Source: Eledone cirrhosa
Lineage: Eukaryota
DNA: 64,000 nucleotides
Direction: 5' to 3'
Assembly (NCBI GenBank): GCA_964016885.1
Contig: CAXHJY010001017.1
Coordinates: 1-64,000 of the forward strand
Shown in pieces: positions 1 through 14,962 of the stretch; position 1 is the stretch's first letter, and each line of letters opens with the position of its first letter. The notes below the pieces were generated by a model that saw only the letters and a program-made list of their open reading frames with translations, ran no database searches and was not told the origin of the DNA. The position numbers and the translations under genes were made by a program.

Positions 1-1345
1 AACCACCACCACCACCACCACTACCACCACCACCACTACCACCACCACCACCACCACTACCACCACCACCACCACCCACCACCACTACCACCACCACCAC
101 CACCACCACTACCACCACCACCACCACCACCACAACCACCACCACCACTACCACCACCACCACTACCACCACCACCACCACTACCACCACCACTACCAAC
201 ATCACTACATGAGCCCCCGCGCCTCACTCCACCATCACCCACTACACCAATCTTCCTCTCCCACTCCCACTTTGCGCTGTAGAAGTCCTGGTGTGGTGTG
301 GTGGTGTGGTGTGGTGTGGTGGTGTGGTTGTGTTGTGGTGTGGTATTGGTGGTGTGGTGTGGTGGTGTGGTAGTGTTAGTGGTGTGGTATTGGTGGTGTT
401 TATGGTGTAGTGGTGTAGTGGTGTTTGTGGTGGTATTGGTGGTATTTGTGGTGTAGTGGTGTTGATGGTGTGGTGGTGTTGTGGTGTGGCATTGGTGGGG
501 TGGGGTGGTGGTGTTTGTGGTGTTGACGGTGTGGTGGTGTTTTGGGTGGTGTAGTGGTGTTGGTAGTGTGGTGGTGAGGTGGTGTTTGTGGTGTAGTGGT
601 GTGGGGTGTGTGGTGGTGTGGTATTGGTGGTGTTTGTGGTGTAGTGGTGTTGACGGCGTGGTGGTGTTTTGGTGGTGTAGTGGTGTTGGTAGTGTGGTGG
701 TGTGGTGAGGTGGTGTTTGTGGTGGTGTGGTATTGATGGAGTTTGTGGTGGTGTTTGTGATGTAGTGGTGTTGGTGGTGTGGTGGTGTTGTGGTGTGGTG
801 GTGTTTGTGATGTGTTGGTGGTGTGGTGGTGTGGTATTGGTGGTGTTTTCGGTGTAGTGGTGTTGGTGGTGTGGTGGTGTGGTGTGGTCGTGTTACTGGT
901 GTAGTACTGCTGTTGTTGTTGTAGGTGGTGTGGTGGTGTTAGGGGTGTAGTGCTGCTGTTGTGGTGGTGGTGTGGTGGCGTTAGTGGTGTAGTGCTGCTG
1001 TTGTTGTTGTAGGTGGTGGGGGTGTGGTGGTGGTGTGCTGTGGTCGTGTTAGTGGTGTGGTGCGGGTGGTGGTGTGGCGGTGTTAGTGGTGTTAGTGTTG
1101 TTGTTGTATATGGTGGTGGCGTTAGTGGTGTGGTGTGGGCGGTGGTGGTGGTGTTGTACTGCTGGTGATATAGTGGTGGTGGTGGTGGTGTTGTACTGCT
1201 GGTGATATAGTGGTGGTGGTGGTGGTGGTGTTGTATTGCTGGTGATATAGTGGTGGTGGTGGTGGTGGTGGTGTTGATTGTGCTGTTGTATATGATGGTG
1301 GTGGTGGTGGTGGTGGTGTTGATGGTATTAGTGGTGTGGTCTGGT
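1..1345. repeat. (ACC)n microsatellite followed by oppositely oriented degenerate (GTG)n low-complexity tract
   Basis: ACC/CTA triplets at 1-200, a ~90-bp unique spacer, then GTG/GGT-rich triplets at 290-1345. Confidence 0.9.
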
Positions 1346-1937
1346 AGTGGTGTGTTATTGTGTCACCCCTGCCCTTTTTTCAGCCTGTGATGGTGATGAT
1401 GATGATGGTCTGTTGCTGAGGCGTTGTTGTTATGATGATGTTGTTGATACCGTTGTTGCTGCTGTCGATGTCGTTATAAACCCCCCTCCCCCCCCTCCCC
1501 CCTCCACCCCACCCCTCACCCTTCTCTCCATTCCAAGATAATAAAATAAAAGGAAAATTAACCAGTTTAATCGAAATTTCAAAAATAAAATAAGGAAAGG
1601 CAAAAACAAAAAGTTTTTTTAAATTAAAAAAAATTAAAAAAGAAAACCTCATCTTTTCGGCGGAAACAGAAGAGAGAGCCAAATGAAATATTTTGCTGAT
1701 TAAAAGTCTGTTGTCCTTTTCCGATTCTGTGTTTCAAATGGCACCTAAATGTTGATTTACCATTTAATATGTCTAGACCCAGGACGCAGAAAAGCGGAAC
1801 GAACGTCTGAAAGTATTTTATTCGACATTTTATCAAATGTGTTCTGAGTTCTGAGTTCAAATCCCGTCAAGGTCAACTTTAGGTTGATTCATCATTTGTC
1901 AAGGAATAGTGTTTGTCTCATGTAGGGAAGCTGCTAC

Positions 1938-2359
1938 CAGGGTCGGATTTAGACCTTGGGGTGCCCGGGACCCTTCAGTGGTTTTTTGGGGGGTGGGGAG
2001 GGGGGATTATACACACACAGAGAAAAATAGAGGGAAGTTGTTATCAGGGTTGCATTTAGAGCTTGGAGGCGCCCGCAATGCTTCAGTGGTTTTTTTTTGG
2101 GGGGGGGGGGGGCTCATACACACACAGACAAATAGAATACACAGCAAACCCCCAGTTTTACATATCAGAGTCAGCTTGGTGTAAGTAATTGGAATTGAAA
2201 GGTTATACGTTACAGGTATTGAATTTAAAAATTCTAACCATTCTAAAACTAAAAAGCCCAGCTGAGGGGACAAATAGATTGCTACGTCAATTGCTGGTGG
2301 GGCCCCACTGCAGGGAGCCCGGGGAAATTACCCCCCCCCCCCCATTAAATCCGGCCCCT
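1938..2359. mobile_element. Putative non-autonomous DNA transposon (hAT-like MITE)
   Basis: Imperfect TIRs CAGGGTCGGATTTA (1938) / TAAATCCGGCCCCT (2346-2359). A diverged copy of the left end recurs internally at ~2045. No clear TSD. Confidence 0.5.
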
Positions 2360-2390
2360 TGGTTATCACCCCGAGAAAACTGAATGCTGA

Positions 2391-3160
2391 TGATGAAAGG
2401 CAAAGCTAACCTCGGCGGGATTTGAACTCAGACCGTAAAGGGCCGTAACTCTATGCCGCGAAGCAGGGTGTCCGACGCTCTACCGATACTGCCAATTTGC
2501 CTCGGGTGCCAGATTGACACTCAGCAGGATTTGGGAAAGAAGCAGAACTCAAAGGAAGTTTCAAATGATAATTGTTTCTACTTTTTGGCACAAGGCCATC
2601 AATTACCCCCAGTGTATTACTGGTACTTTATTTTATCGACCCCCGTAAGGATGAAAGGCAAAGTTAACCTCGGCGGGATTTGAACTCAGACCATGAAGGG
2701 CCGTAACTCTTTGCTGCAAAGCATGGCGTCCGACCCTCTACCGATACTGCCAATCCACCGCGTTTCAAATAATTGTTTCTACTTTAGGCACAAGGCCAGC
2801 AATTACCCAGTACATTACTGGTACTTTATTTTATAGACCCCGTAAGGATGAAGGGCAAAGTTAACTTCGGCGGGATTTGAACTCAGACCATGAAGGGCCG
2901 TAACTCTTTGCTGCAAAGCATGGCGTCCGACCCTCTACCGATACTGCCAATCCACCGCGTTTCAAATAATTGTTTCTACTTTAGGCACAAGGCCAGCAAT
3001 TACCCAGTACATTACTGGTACTTTATTTTATAGACCCCCGTAAGGATGAAAGGCAAAGTTAACTTCGGCGGGATTTGAACTCAGACCGTAAAGGGATGTA
3101 ACTATGCTAGAAAGCATTGCAATGATTTCATTTATTCGCCACAAGGGCCGACCCGCGTTT
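2391..3160 (-). mobile_element. Head-to-tail array of ~4 tRNA-derived SINEs (family S1)
   Basis: Minus strand reads GGATTGGCAGTATCGGTAGAG (A box) ... GAGTTCAAATCCC (B box) ... TTTGCCTTTCATCCTTACGGGGTCGATAAAATAAAGTACCAG ... GGCCTTGTGCCTAAAGTAGAAAC. The core resembles the Meta/MESC SINE domain as recalled, unverified. Confidence 0.85.
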
Positions 3161-3530
3161 CAAATAATAATAACAATAATACATTTGATATATTTTTAAT
3201 ACCTCTCAATTATCTCTTCTAATAGTCATCTATTCACCTATCTCTGCATGATTGATTTAAATTATCCATCCATCGAACTATTTATTCAACGAGAGAACGC
3301 CTGGACATACGACTTGCTAGAAATACTAAACACAGGTCCTCTATCACGCCCCTCGAATCACTCCACACCTTCTTCAAAAGGGAAAGTCATATTCTATAAT
3401 GGGGTTTGAAAAAGTAAAAAAAAATTATAATCTTGATGATCAGCTCAAGAGCTGCTTTGAACATACCTATTCATTTAGGACTGATTTGGTCCTAAAAAAC
3501 CTAGATCAAACATCTATTTGTACATCACCA

Positions 3531-3575
3531 TATATCTATTTATCTATCTATCTAGCTATCGATCTATCTATCTAG

Positions 3576-3652
<77 letters not shown>
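3531..3652. repeat. (TATC)n microsatellite
   Basis: Tetranucleotide run. Confidence 0.95.
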
Positions 3653-4116
3653 CATTCATTAAGACACTCATCAATCCAAGTAGCCAACATCCCATTCAAA
3701 CACTTTAGTCTCTATATCCATTCATCCATCCATTCATCTACCCATCTCTGTATCCATCCATTTCATCATAAATAGTTCCCTGCACGTAAAACATATCCAT
3801 ACATCATACATGAACAACTACAAACAGGCAACATAGAGCTTTGATCTGTAAAAAGTGCTACAGAAGTTAATGTTTTTATTCACGTTGATTTTGTGAAGTG
3901 GCTGTTCCCGTACGTCTCAGTCGCCGTCCTCTCTGTGGGTAATGCTTTCTCCATCCTGTTGGCCGGGATGAAGAGGCAGAGGGTAAGGTAGCTAGAGGTG
4001 GAGGGTACTCGTTTGGACCTCACACATATACCCACACATTCAACCACTTCTACAGTCGAATGAGTTACTTAATATAAAGAACGACCACATGTGCGTTCAG
4101 TGTATATTGTATATAT

Positions 4117-4412
4117 GTTGTTGTTGTTGTTGTTGTTGGATCTTTGTCGATTGCGACGACGAGTGTACCATCTGCTGGAAGAACGGAAACACCTGTACGT
4201 GAAATTAACGTGCAAGTGGCAGAGCACGCTAGAGACATGTGTGTCTTTAATGTGCATCTCAGGAAGATTGAGTGTGACGCAGTGTGTAAATAAGCCGGAG
4301 TTCCTTTGAATTAAAGGTACAACTCATTTTAACCAGCTGATTCAACTGGAACAACGTGGAATAAAGTTTCTTGCTCAAGGATACAACGTGCCGCTAGGAA
4401 TTGAACCCACGA
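4117..4412 (-). mobile_element. tRNA-derived CORE-type SINE (family S2), 5' truncated, (CAA)n tail
   Basis: Minus strand GGTTCAATTCC (B box) then TCCTTGAGCAAGAAACTTTATTCCACGTTG. The same core occurs at 49465 and 62918. Resembles octopus OR-type CORE-SINEs. Confidence 0.75.
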
Positions 4413-4421
4413 TAAAATATA

Positions 4422-4590
4422 CCGTATTTCCCGGCGTCGCAGACGCTACTTTTCCCCCTAAAATAAGTCTCAAAAACCTACGATGCGTCCTGGAGGCCGA
4501 AGGTTGTTTATTATTTCTTTTCACATTTTTGGTTGTCAAAATTAGGGTTCGTCCTCAAGCACGAAGCGTCTTCGGCGCCGGGAAATACGG
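4422..4590. mobile_element. Tc2/pogo-like MITE (169 bp)
   Basis: TIRs CCGTATTTCCCGGCGTCGCAGACGCT / AGCGTCTTCGGCGCCGGGAAATACGG, with TA on both sides (4420-21, 4591-92). Confidence 0.85.
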
Positions 4591-4937
4591 TACACTTCAG
4601 AATATCAATAACAACAGCAACAACAACAACAGTAACAGTAGTGATACTATCTTAACATAGAACAACGTAAATATATCGATATAAAACCTAGACTTCAGAA
4701 CAACAGTAAAAACCACCGCCACCATTAACACCACCACCAACAACAACCACAACCACCAGCAACAGCCACCAGCACTCCCACCACCACCAACAACAACCAC
4801 CATCACCAACAACAGCCACCACCACCACCACCAAAAGTAACACTATCTTAGCATAAACTATATTTCTCTCCTGGCCAATATCTTTTTGGGAATATTCCAG
4901 CCATTTACTGTCAGACAGACTTGATATATTATTCCAT

Positions 4938-5555
4938 CACTGCCCTTTGCCAGCAGCTGGTTACTTAACAAAGACACTAAACTGCCCTTTGCCAACCACT
5001 GGTCATCTAAGAACGGACGATAAACAACCCTTGTCACCACTGCCCTTTGCCAGCAGCTGGTTACTTAACAAAGACACTAAACTGCCCTTTGCCAACCACT
5101 GGTCATCTAAGAAAGGACGATAAACAACCCTTGTCACCACTGCCCTTTGCCAGCAGCTGGTTACTTAACAAAGACACTAAACTGCCCTTTGCCAACCACT
5201 GGTCATCTAAGAACGGACGATAAACAACCCTTGTCACCCCTGCCCTTTGCCAGCAGCTGGTTACTTAACAAAGACGATAAACAACTCATGTCACTCCTGC
5301 CCTTTGCCAACCGCAGGTTACTTAACAAAGTCACTAAACTACGCTTGTCACCCCTGGCCTTTGCCAACCACTGGTCATCTAAGAACGGACGTTAAACAAC
5401 CCATGTCACCACTGCCCTTTGCCAGCAGATGGTTACTTAACAAAGACACTAAATACCCTTGTCACCCCTGTCCTTTGCCAACCACTGGTCATCTAAGAAC
5501 CGACGCTAAACAACCCGTCACCACTGCCCTTTGCCAACCACTGGACACTTAGTAG
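4938..5555. repeat. Minisatellite with 100-bp period built from two related subunits
   Basis: TGCCCTTTGCCAGCAG starts at 4941, 5041, 5141 and 5241, followed by diverged ~57-bp monomers. Confidence 0.9.
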
Positions 5556-5599
5556 AGACGACAAACAAACAATCTGGTGGTGGGTTGGGAAAATTCTTA

Positions 5600-5957
5600 T
5601 GAGGTTAGCCTGAAAATTTCATAGGCTGATTATGAAAGAATGATGCTAGAGCTGTGAAGTCTTGCATAGCATTAATTTCAACTCTTCTTATAAGTAATAA
5701 CTACCTTGTTACTTTCCAGGGACCATGTTGAAAAATAAACCTCATTTTGTCATTCCATGAGAGTATCTTCGTCAGCCTATGAACTTATCATTTGACCGTC
5801 ATATGTTGTAAAATAAACCTCATTTGGTTATTCCATGAGTGTATCTTAGTCAGCCTATAAACTTATCATCTGACTTTAACATGTTGAAAAATAAAACTCA
5901 TTTGGTCATTCCATGAGAGTATCATGGTCAGCCTATGAAACTTTCAGCCGACCCTCG
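5600..5957. mobile_element. Mariner-type MITE with triplicated right end
   Basis: TA-TGAGGTTAGCCTGAAAATTTCATAGGCTGA ... TCAGCCTATGAAACTTTCAGCCGACCCTCG-TA. A ~77-bp right-end unit occurs three times at 5725-5957. Confidence 0.75.
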
Positions 5958-6215
5958 TACATTATTTACTGCGGTTCGTTTCAAGTACTTAGTTTATATC
6001 CCGCCAGGAGTCGCTCAACTTTGCCTTTTCAATCAATACCTTCAGTTCTACAGGAAATATAATATCGCTAGTTTCAAAATCAAAGGTCTTAATAATTATT
6101 AGATTTTTTTTTCTTTGTTTTTGTTATTTTGTTTCGTCGTTCACTTGCCTGATGTATATATATTTCTATATATTTATCTATATCAATGTCTCTTTCTCCC
6201 CCCCCCTCTCTCTCT

Positions 6216-7376
<1,161 letters not shown>

Positions 7377-7484
7377 CATATTTTTTCTTTGCCCTCTCCA
7401 TAAAACGTAACATTTAATGTTGATGCTGCGAAGAGATATTGGGGCCATGCAGTGCAGTACTATCTTTAATATTCTTCAGCTCTG

Positions 7485-7623
7485 AGGATGGTATATCAGT
7501 GGAGTTGGTAGACGGTCGGATAAAATCATCAGCACTATATGTTCTGAGTTCAAATCCTGCCGAACCAACTTTTCCTTTTACCCTTCCAGGGTCGATAAAA
7601 TAAACTACTTGTTAAGTAGTGGG

Positions 7624-7625
<2 letters not shown>
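7485..7625 (+). mobile_element. Diverged S1 SINE
   Basis: GAGTTCAAATCC B box and CCTTCCAGGGTCGATAAAATAAA core. Confidence 0.7.
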
Positions 7626-7687
<62 letters not shown>

Positions 7688-7689
<2 letters not shown>

Positions 7690-7898
7690 TTAGTACATTT
7701 ACCAACATATGTGTACAGATGTTCACCTATGCTAGCAAATATATATGTTATGTCTTAGTACCTTTGTGGTTCTATGCAGGGGGATGCAGAACAATTATAC
7801 GAAAGACGTAAAATAAGAAAATTTTAAAAATTAAAAATCAACTTACTTACTAAAAGTTGATTTTTAATTTTTAAAATTTTCTTATTTTACGTCTTTCA
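7688..7898 (-). mobile_element. PLE-like fold-back remnant, family F
   Basis: ~110-nt tail plus 44-bp inverted arms (7801-7897). Homologous to 15679-16530 and flanked by microsatellite. Confidence 0.7.
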
Positions 7899-7911
7899 TA
7901 TATATATATAT

Positions 7912-8126
7912 ATACGATATTAACAAATGGAAACTATATTTATAGAACCATATCTATTTTATTATACATATTTCAAGGATACCATGTTAAATTATGGTAT
8001 GCTTTCATCAGACAAAATACAATATATAACAGTTTTATAAATAAATATTGACATACCCTTACAAAATGCAACCATTACTGTAGGAAGACTCCGGGAGTAT
8101 CCCAACAATTTAAATAGAACTTTTGC
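7912..8126. mobile_element. PLE-like remnant, family B, with HHR at 7956-8018 (-)
   Basis: Minus strand ATTTTGT-CTGATGA-AAGCATACCA/TGGTATCCTT-GAAA-TATGTA-TA-ATAAAAT. Joined in inverted orientation to the family 3' tip (8097-8126). Confidence 0.8.
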
Positions 8127-8135
8127 ATATATATA

Positions 8136-8270
8136 TAGGATAAAAATACTTGAGTGCATTAGAGTCAAACACACTCGTCGTATTAGAGAAATGATGAGTC
8201 CTAATTACTGGGACGAAACATTGTCAGCAAATAAAGATTTTTAATGTATTAAAGGCTTCTTTGTTGAGTC

Positions 8271-8272
<2 letters not shown>
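8136..8272. mobile_element. Short inverted remnant related to the 18843-22210 PLE, with a 5'-clipped HHR
   Basis: 8136-8194 matches 18843-18901, then switches strand into TGATGA-GTCC..GGAC-GAAA-CATTG-TC-AGC-AAATAAA. Confidence 0.75.
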
Positions 8273-8329
<57 letters not shown>

Positions 8330-8677
8330 CGATAAATTAACGAAGCGATAGACTCTCGCTATTCCCTGTCAATAATGTACTCAAAGGAGAAGGAATCCCG
8401 AGCCCTTTATAATACAATATGTAGAAAAGACAACACACCAGAGAGAGAAACTGACCGATCGGTTTCGCTTTACGAAGCGAAACCGATCGGTCAGGGCCAT
8501 AAGGATAGGTAAATATTTAAATTATATTTTTTTATTTATTTTAAAAAATTCGTTGAATTTTGCTTGTTCTGCTTATCTTAATATTATAGTTCTGGTATGT
8601 AAAATTAATACAACCTTGAATCATAGACAACCTATATATTTCCAGGGGTACTTAGTATCCTTGGGTATATTAACTTC

Positions 8678-8760
<83 letters not shown>

Positions 8761-8882
8761 AGTGTGTGTTCATAGAACAATGGAAAAAATATAGAAGTTA
8801 GACGTTCGTAGTTACTACGTACGTCTGACTTCTGTCTTTTTTTCTTTGTTCTATGCTCAAAGACACATATAAAGATATATAA

Positions 8883-8965
<83 letters not shown>

Positions 8966-9071
8966 CATATGTAGATCCCGAGTTAATTTGGTGGTAACAA
9001 CAGTGAACAAAGTACTCAATATATTTGTAAAATGAAAACAATGAAACGATATGTGTGCTAATTATACAGAC

Positions 9072-9102
<31 letters not shown>

Positions 9103-9129
9103 TATATACACATATATATATATACATAT

Positions 9130-9202
<73 letters not shown>

Positions 9203-9210
9203 AACACACA

Positions 9211-9246
<36 letters not shown>

Positions 9247-9301
9247 AACTCACACACATATATATATATATATAAACACACATATATATATATACACACA
9301 C

Positions 9302-9332
<31 letters not shown>

Positions 9333-9333
9333 A

Positions 9334-9402
<69 letters not shown>

Positions 9403-9403
9403 A

Positions 9404-9458
<55 letters not shown>

Positions 9459-9459
9459 A

Positions 9460-9536
<77 letters not shown>

Positions 9537-9537
9537 C

Positions 9538-9592
<55 letters not shown>

Positions 9593-9593
9593 C

Positions 9594-9626
<33 letters not shown>

Positions 9627-9676
9627 AAGAATCTTGCTAAACAAATTCAGAAACGAAATATATATATATATATATC

Positions 9677-9810
9677 GATAGTAAAAGAGTCAGGACCCCG
9701 ACGACTGAGCTCCGGCCGTTCCGACAGCTAGATCCAAACAGGGTCCTGACTCTTTTCCTATTACCCACTCTACTGCCCTAAGTATTGAGTACCTTTCAAC
9801 TGACCCTAGT
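9677..9810. mobile_element. Family E short fold-back element
   Basis: ATAGTAAAAGAGTCAGGACCC ... GGGTCCTGACTCTTTTCCTAT plus tail TAAGTATTGAGTAC, flanked by (TA)n. Relatives at 10981, 13280, 17882, 18038, 26715, 26891, 28718, 54258 and 56018. Confidence 0.8.
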
Positions 9811-10221
9811 ATATATATTCTTATTACACATAAACATATTATACACGAGTCTATATACATCCACAACTTTATTATGAATCACTCTGAGCTAGTATTCTTA
9901 CTAATTAAAGAAACATAGTCTATGTTATAAACAAATATTTTTATTTTAAGGAAAAAAATGAATTAGTTTTTCTTTTTTCATATATAAGAAAGACAAAATC
10001 AATATTAATTCTGATTGAAGAGGTTATTATTTCCAATAACCTCCTGATTATAGAAAATATATTTATTTAGTTTTATTCTATTTAAATATTTGTTCAATAT
10101 TGATATCCCGAATTAGTTAAATAACATTTTTTAAAGAAATAAACCATTATCTCTTCCTATTTTCATCAATGCTTGTAAATATCTTCTCGACGTAAACAGT
10201 GAGGTTAATTGTGATAAATTC

Positions 10222-10274
<53 letters not shown>

Positions 10275-10277
<3 letters not shown>

Positions 10278-10550
10278 GAGGTTATATTTAATTTGTTGGG
10301 ATTCAACAAGCTTAAACATTTTTTATAACTGATATAAAGCACTCAACAATTTAGTGGCGTAAATACACAATATATTAATAAATGGAAACTATATTTATAA
10401 AACCATATTTATTTTATTATATATATTTCAAAGACAACCAAGACAAATTATGGTGCGCTTCCATCAGATAAAATACAGATTTGTTTTATAAATAAATATT
10501 GACATATCCGGAAAAAAGACAACCTTAACGGTTGGAGATTCCTGGATAGT
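10275..10550 (-). mobile_element. Family B PLE 3' end with variant HHR (10411-10474, core CTGATGG)
   Basis: Homologous to 7912-8096 and 61235-61508. Confidence 0.8.
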
Positions 10551-10589
10551 ATATTTATATATATATATATACGTGTGTATATATGATAG

Positions 10590-10685
<96 letters not shown>

Positions 10686-10878
10686 TGAGTATATGTATGT
10701 ATATATATGTTCAAATATGTATATGTATCTGTATATATATGTATGTGTATATATATGTTCATATATGCATGTGTATATATAGATGTGTGTGTGTATATAA
10801 ATATATATATATATATATTTATTAAAATAACAGATTAAAGTTTAAGCAAAGCATTTTAGTCTTCAAATTTATTATTAT

Positions 10879-10912
<34 letters not shown>

Positions 10913-10932
10913 TGTATATATATAGATGTGTG

Positions 10933-10981
<49 letters not shown>

Positions 10982-11075
10982 CGAAGGAGTTGTGGTAAGG
11001 AACCAAATTGACCATAACGCACCAGAGTACTCAATACTTAGGGTAGAGAGCGAGAGAGAAATGTGTGTGTATATG

Positions 11076-11114
<39 letters not shown>

Positions 11115-11360
11115 TGAGTTAGAAACTCAAAGTAGTCTCTTACAATTAAATAGCTCTAAGAAAAAGCTTTTCCGAGCCGTGTAATATAATTGAATAAACA
11201 AGAGAGATGAACTCTCATATAAACATACATGTGTCCGAATTGTAAGGACCAGGTTTGCTAGGGTGAAAAAATACTGACTACAGCAATATGGTTTACCAGA
11301 CTTAATTTAAAGTAGTAAATTAAGAGAAATAATAACAAACCTCTATTGGGCAACTGATGT

Positions 11361-11399
<39 letters not shown>

Positions 11400-11408
<9 letters not shown>

Positions 11409-11570
11409 AGATCAAAAGATGGTTAACAGAGTTCCAAGAATTTTATTATGCGCATTTCAAAAACAAATATCATCATGAGATGATATCTGCGTTTTCAACA
11501 GATAAAATAGGGATACATGATATGAAGCTTAAAAAACACTTGTGAATAGTGAAGTTTTAAATCAACATAT
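11400..11570 (-). mobile_element. Family C PLE remnant with variant HHR (core CTGTTGA)
   Basis: Homologous to the elements at 22238, 48648 and 63477. Confidence 0.8.
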
Positions 11571-11756
11571 GAAAAATAATTTAAGATTGATGTATGACAT
11601 TATATATATATATATATATATATATGCATGTGTATATGTATGTATATGTGTATATATGTATGTATCTATGTATGTGTATATATGTATGTTTATATGTATA
11701 TATGTCTGTATATATATATGTGTATATGTATGTGCATATATGTATGTTTATATGTA

Positions 11757-11810
<54 letters not shown>

Positions 11811-12026
11811 GTATATATATATACACACACATACGAGTGTATATGTGTATATATATATATATATAATAAGTAGGAACGAAATGTCAAACTACCATTATTA
11901 AGTTTATTCAGTATGACGCACGTTTCGCGATTGATCGGTTCAAGGTGCGATCTGTATCGTATATATATAAAGAGAGATATAGAGATATAGATACATAGAT
12001 GAATGGATATATATATATATAGAGAT

Positions 12027-12079
<53 letters not shown>

Positions 12080-12367
12080 AAGAGCAGTTATTCGTTTACA
12101 TATTTTCAAAAGCTGAACGCTGCAAACCAGCCACCAAGGAATATCTTTGTATATATACATATTGTTTATGTCTATAGCTATTTAAGTTTTATCTACAATA
12201 ATTTATAGTTTAACACACACATATATACACAAGGGCTAAATATATAGATATATATCTATCTGTATGTATGTGTGTATATAAATGATGTATGTAGGTGTGG
12301 ATAAATATTTTTTTTACGAGTAAATATTTATATACATATATATTTATATGGATACACACACACACAT

Positions 12368-12431
<64 letters not shown>

Positions 12432-12487
12432 ATACATATACATATTTATATATATATATAGAAGGAAAACTCTGATATAACACCTGC

Positions 12488-12821
12488 AACTCTGATGGTA
12501 TCCAATGATGTTGACTTGTTCTTCTTTTTGGTAAATATCATCTTGGTTAAGAGCGTGGGACTGGCTTTGTGCAGTGCCTTTGCTCACTATAAAAGCTTCA
12601 CAGCACAGGCATTGCTTTATATCTGGAGATCTCTCTGCACTTGTCATCACATGGTACCATGGGCCCTGCACTATGTGTCAATAATGGTCACAAGTGTAGT
12701 CTTTGTACCAGAGTTTTCAAGTCGCTGGCTGGACTAAAGTCACATTCGTTCAGCGCATCGGTAGTGGTTCTCCTACATGGATATAAAGTAGTGGCCGTAC
12801 TCGAAAACGAGTTGGCAGCCA

Positions 12822-12824
<3 letters not shown>
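12488..12824 (+). mobile_element. Retroposon 3' end with RTE-like C-terminal zinc-finger remnant
   Basis: Encodes CSLCTRVFKSLAGLKSH and, after a frameshift, IRSAHR-stop. Has a 3' hairpin ACTCG-AAAA-CGAGT and a (TA)n tail. Further copies at 17362-17703 and 16781-16864. Confidence 0.65.
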
Positions 12825-12857
<33 letters not shown>

Positions 12858-13094
12858 AGCTGTCTGGCTGTCTGGCTTTCTGGAGAATAGAGGAAAGGTG
12901 TTTCCTCAAAAACCAGTATGACTCTAAAAACCGGTTTGTCTGTGTGTTTACATACAGAATAGCTGGCCACTCACAGTAAAGTGACCAGTGAAAAAACTTG
13001 GTACATCTACATATGTATACGTGTGTGTATTCATATACATACTAGTATTTCAGTATACATATATGGATGTACATCTTTAACTTAATCTTTAACT

Positions 13095-13125
<31 letters not shown>

Positions 13126-13245
13126 GGTATATATATATATATGATGTATATATATATACACAGCGTATATTTATATATATATGTATATATATATACACAG
13201 CGTATATATATACATATATATGATGTATATATATATATATATATA

Positions 13246-13279
<34 letters not shown>

Positions 13280-13366
13280 CAAAGTAATTGTGGTAAGGAA
13301 CCAGATTCGATCATAACGCACCAGAGTACTCAATACTTAGGGTAGTAGAGTGGGAAATAGGAAAAA

Positions 13367-14020
13367 GTTCCCTGTAAATAATGTGCTCAAAGGAGGGAAA
13401 TCCCCGGCACTTTAGAATACAATATGTTGAAAAGGTAAGACACTAGAGAGAGATATACAGTGCGCCATCAATAAAACAGGGAAAAACCACCAGTGTATGG
13501 AATCTATAACCTATGGAAGGCAGAATATAGACACGATAATTAAAAATATAAATTAAAGCGTAAATAAATACCTCTATAACTATATAACACACGTACAAAT
13601 CCGAAGTGATATGTTTCGCCATTAAGTTGTTGAGAGAAGGGAAATAACCCTAGCAGCTCGCCCCTCAGAGACCACTAGTTTACTGCCCTTAAACACGCTG
13701 TGACTTCTTTCTCCCACGTGTAGCTGGACGGTCGCTTTAAAAATTCTCTTAGTGTTGTCTGAAATGTATGGCCTTACACACGCTGATGAACCTGGGTTAT
13801 TTAACTTCTCTCAGCAAGTTAATGGCGAAACATATCACTTCGGATTTGTACGTGTGTTAGATAGTTATAGAGGTATTTATTTACGCTTTAATTTATATTT
13901 TTAATTACCGTGTCTATAGTCTGCCTTCCATATGTTATAGATTCCATACACTGGTGGTTTTTCCCTGTTTTATTGATAACGCATTGTATATCTCTCTCTG
14001 GTGTATTACCTTTTCAAGAT

Positions 14021-14027
<7 letters not shown>
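13367..14027. mobile_element. Family D fold-back element with ~235-bp inverted arms
   Basis: 13415-13650 is the reverse complement of 13794-14027. The left arm has an extra tail matching 8362-8450. Confidence 0.8.
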
Positions 14028-14056
<29 letters not shown>

Positions 14057-14253
14057 TAGTTGCTAAATGTTATATGAAATTGTATCTAAACAATTTGTGT
14101 GTGTGTACGTATATATATACATACATACATATATACACACGCGCGCACGCACACACACACACACACACACACACATTTGTGTACACATATATGAATAGTT
14201 TATACACGCACGCACACACACCGACACACAGATATATACATATGTATATATAC

Positions 14254-14308
<55 letters not shown>

Positions 14309-14347
14309 CACATATATACATATGTATGTATATATATATATACACAC

Positions 14348-14394
<47 letters not shown>

Positions 14395-14418
14395 TATACA
14401 TATGTATATATATATATG

Positions 14419-14452
<34 letters not shown>

Positions 14453-14462
14453 TATACATATG

Positions 14463-14530
<68 letters not shown>

Positions 14531-14542
14531 TATATACATATG

Positions 14543-14634
<92 letters not shown>

Positions 14635-14678
14635 TACATATGTATATATATATATATATACACACATATATACATATG

Positions 14679-14710
<32 letters not shown>

Positions 14711-14729
14711 TATATATATATATATACAC

Positions 14730-14768
<39 letters not shown>

Positions 14769-14782
14769 AATACATATGTATG

Positions 14783-14918
<136 letters not shown>

Positions 14919-14921
14919 TAC

Positions 14922-14962
<41 letters not shown>

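Noticed and set aside
1-1345. Gly-rich or His/Thr-rich protein exon, or telomeric repeat
   Set aside because: Frames are interrupted by stops, and the unit is ACC/GTG rather than TTAGGG.
3864-3982. Hydrophobic frame FPYVSVAVLSVGNAFSILL resembling a GPCR TM1, with a donor-like AGG|GTAAGG
   Set aside because: Short, with a weak acceptor, no start codon and no further TM exons found. Not supportable without a search.
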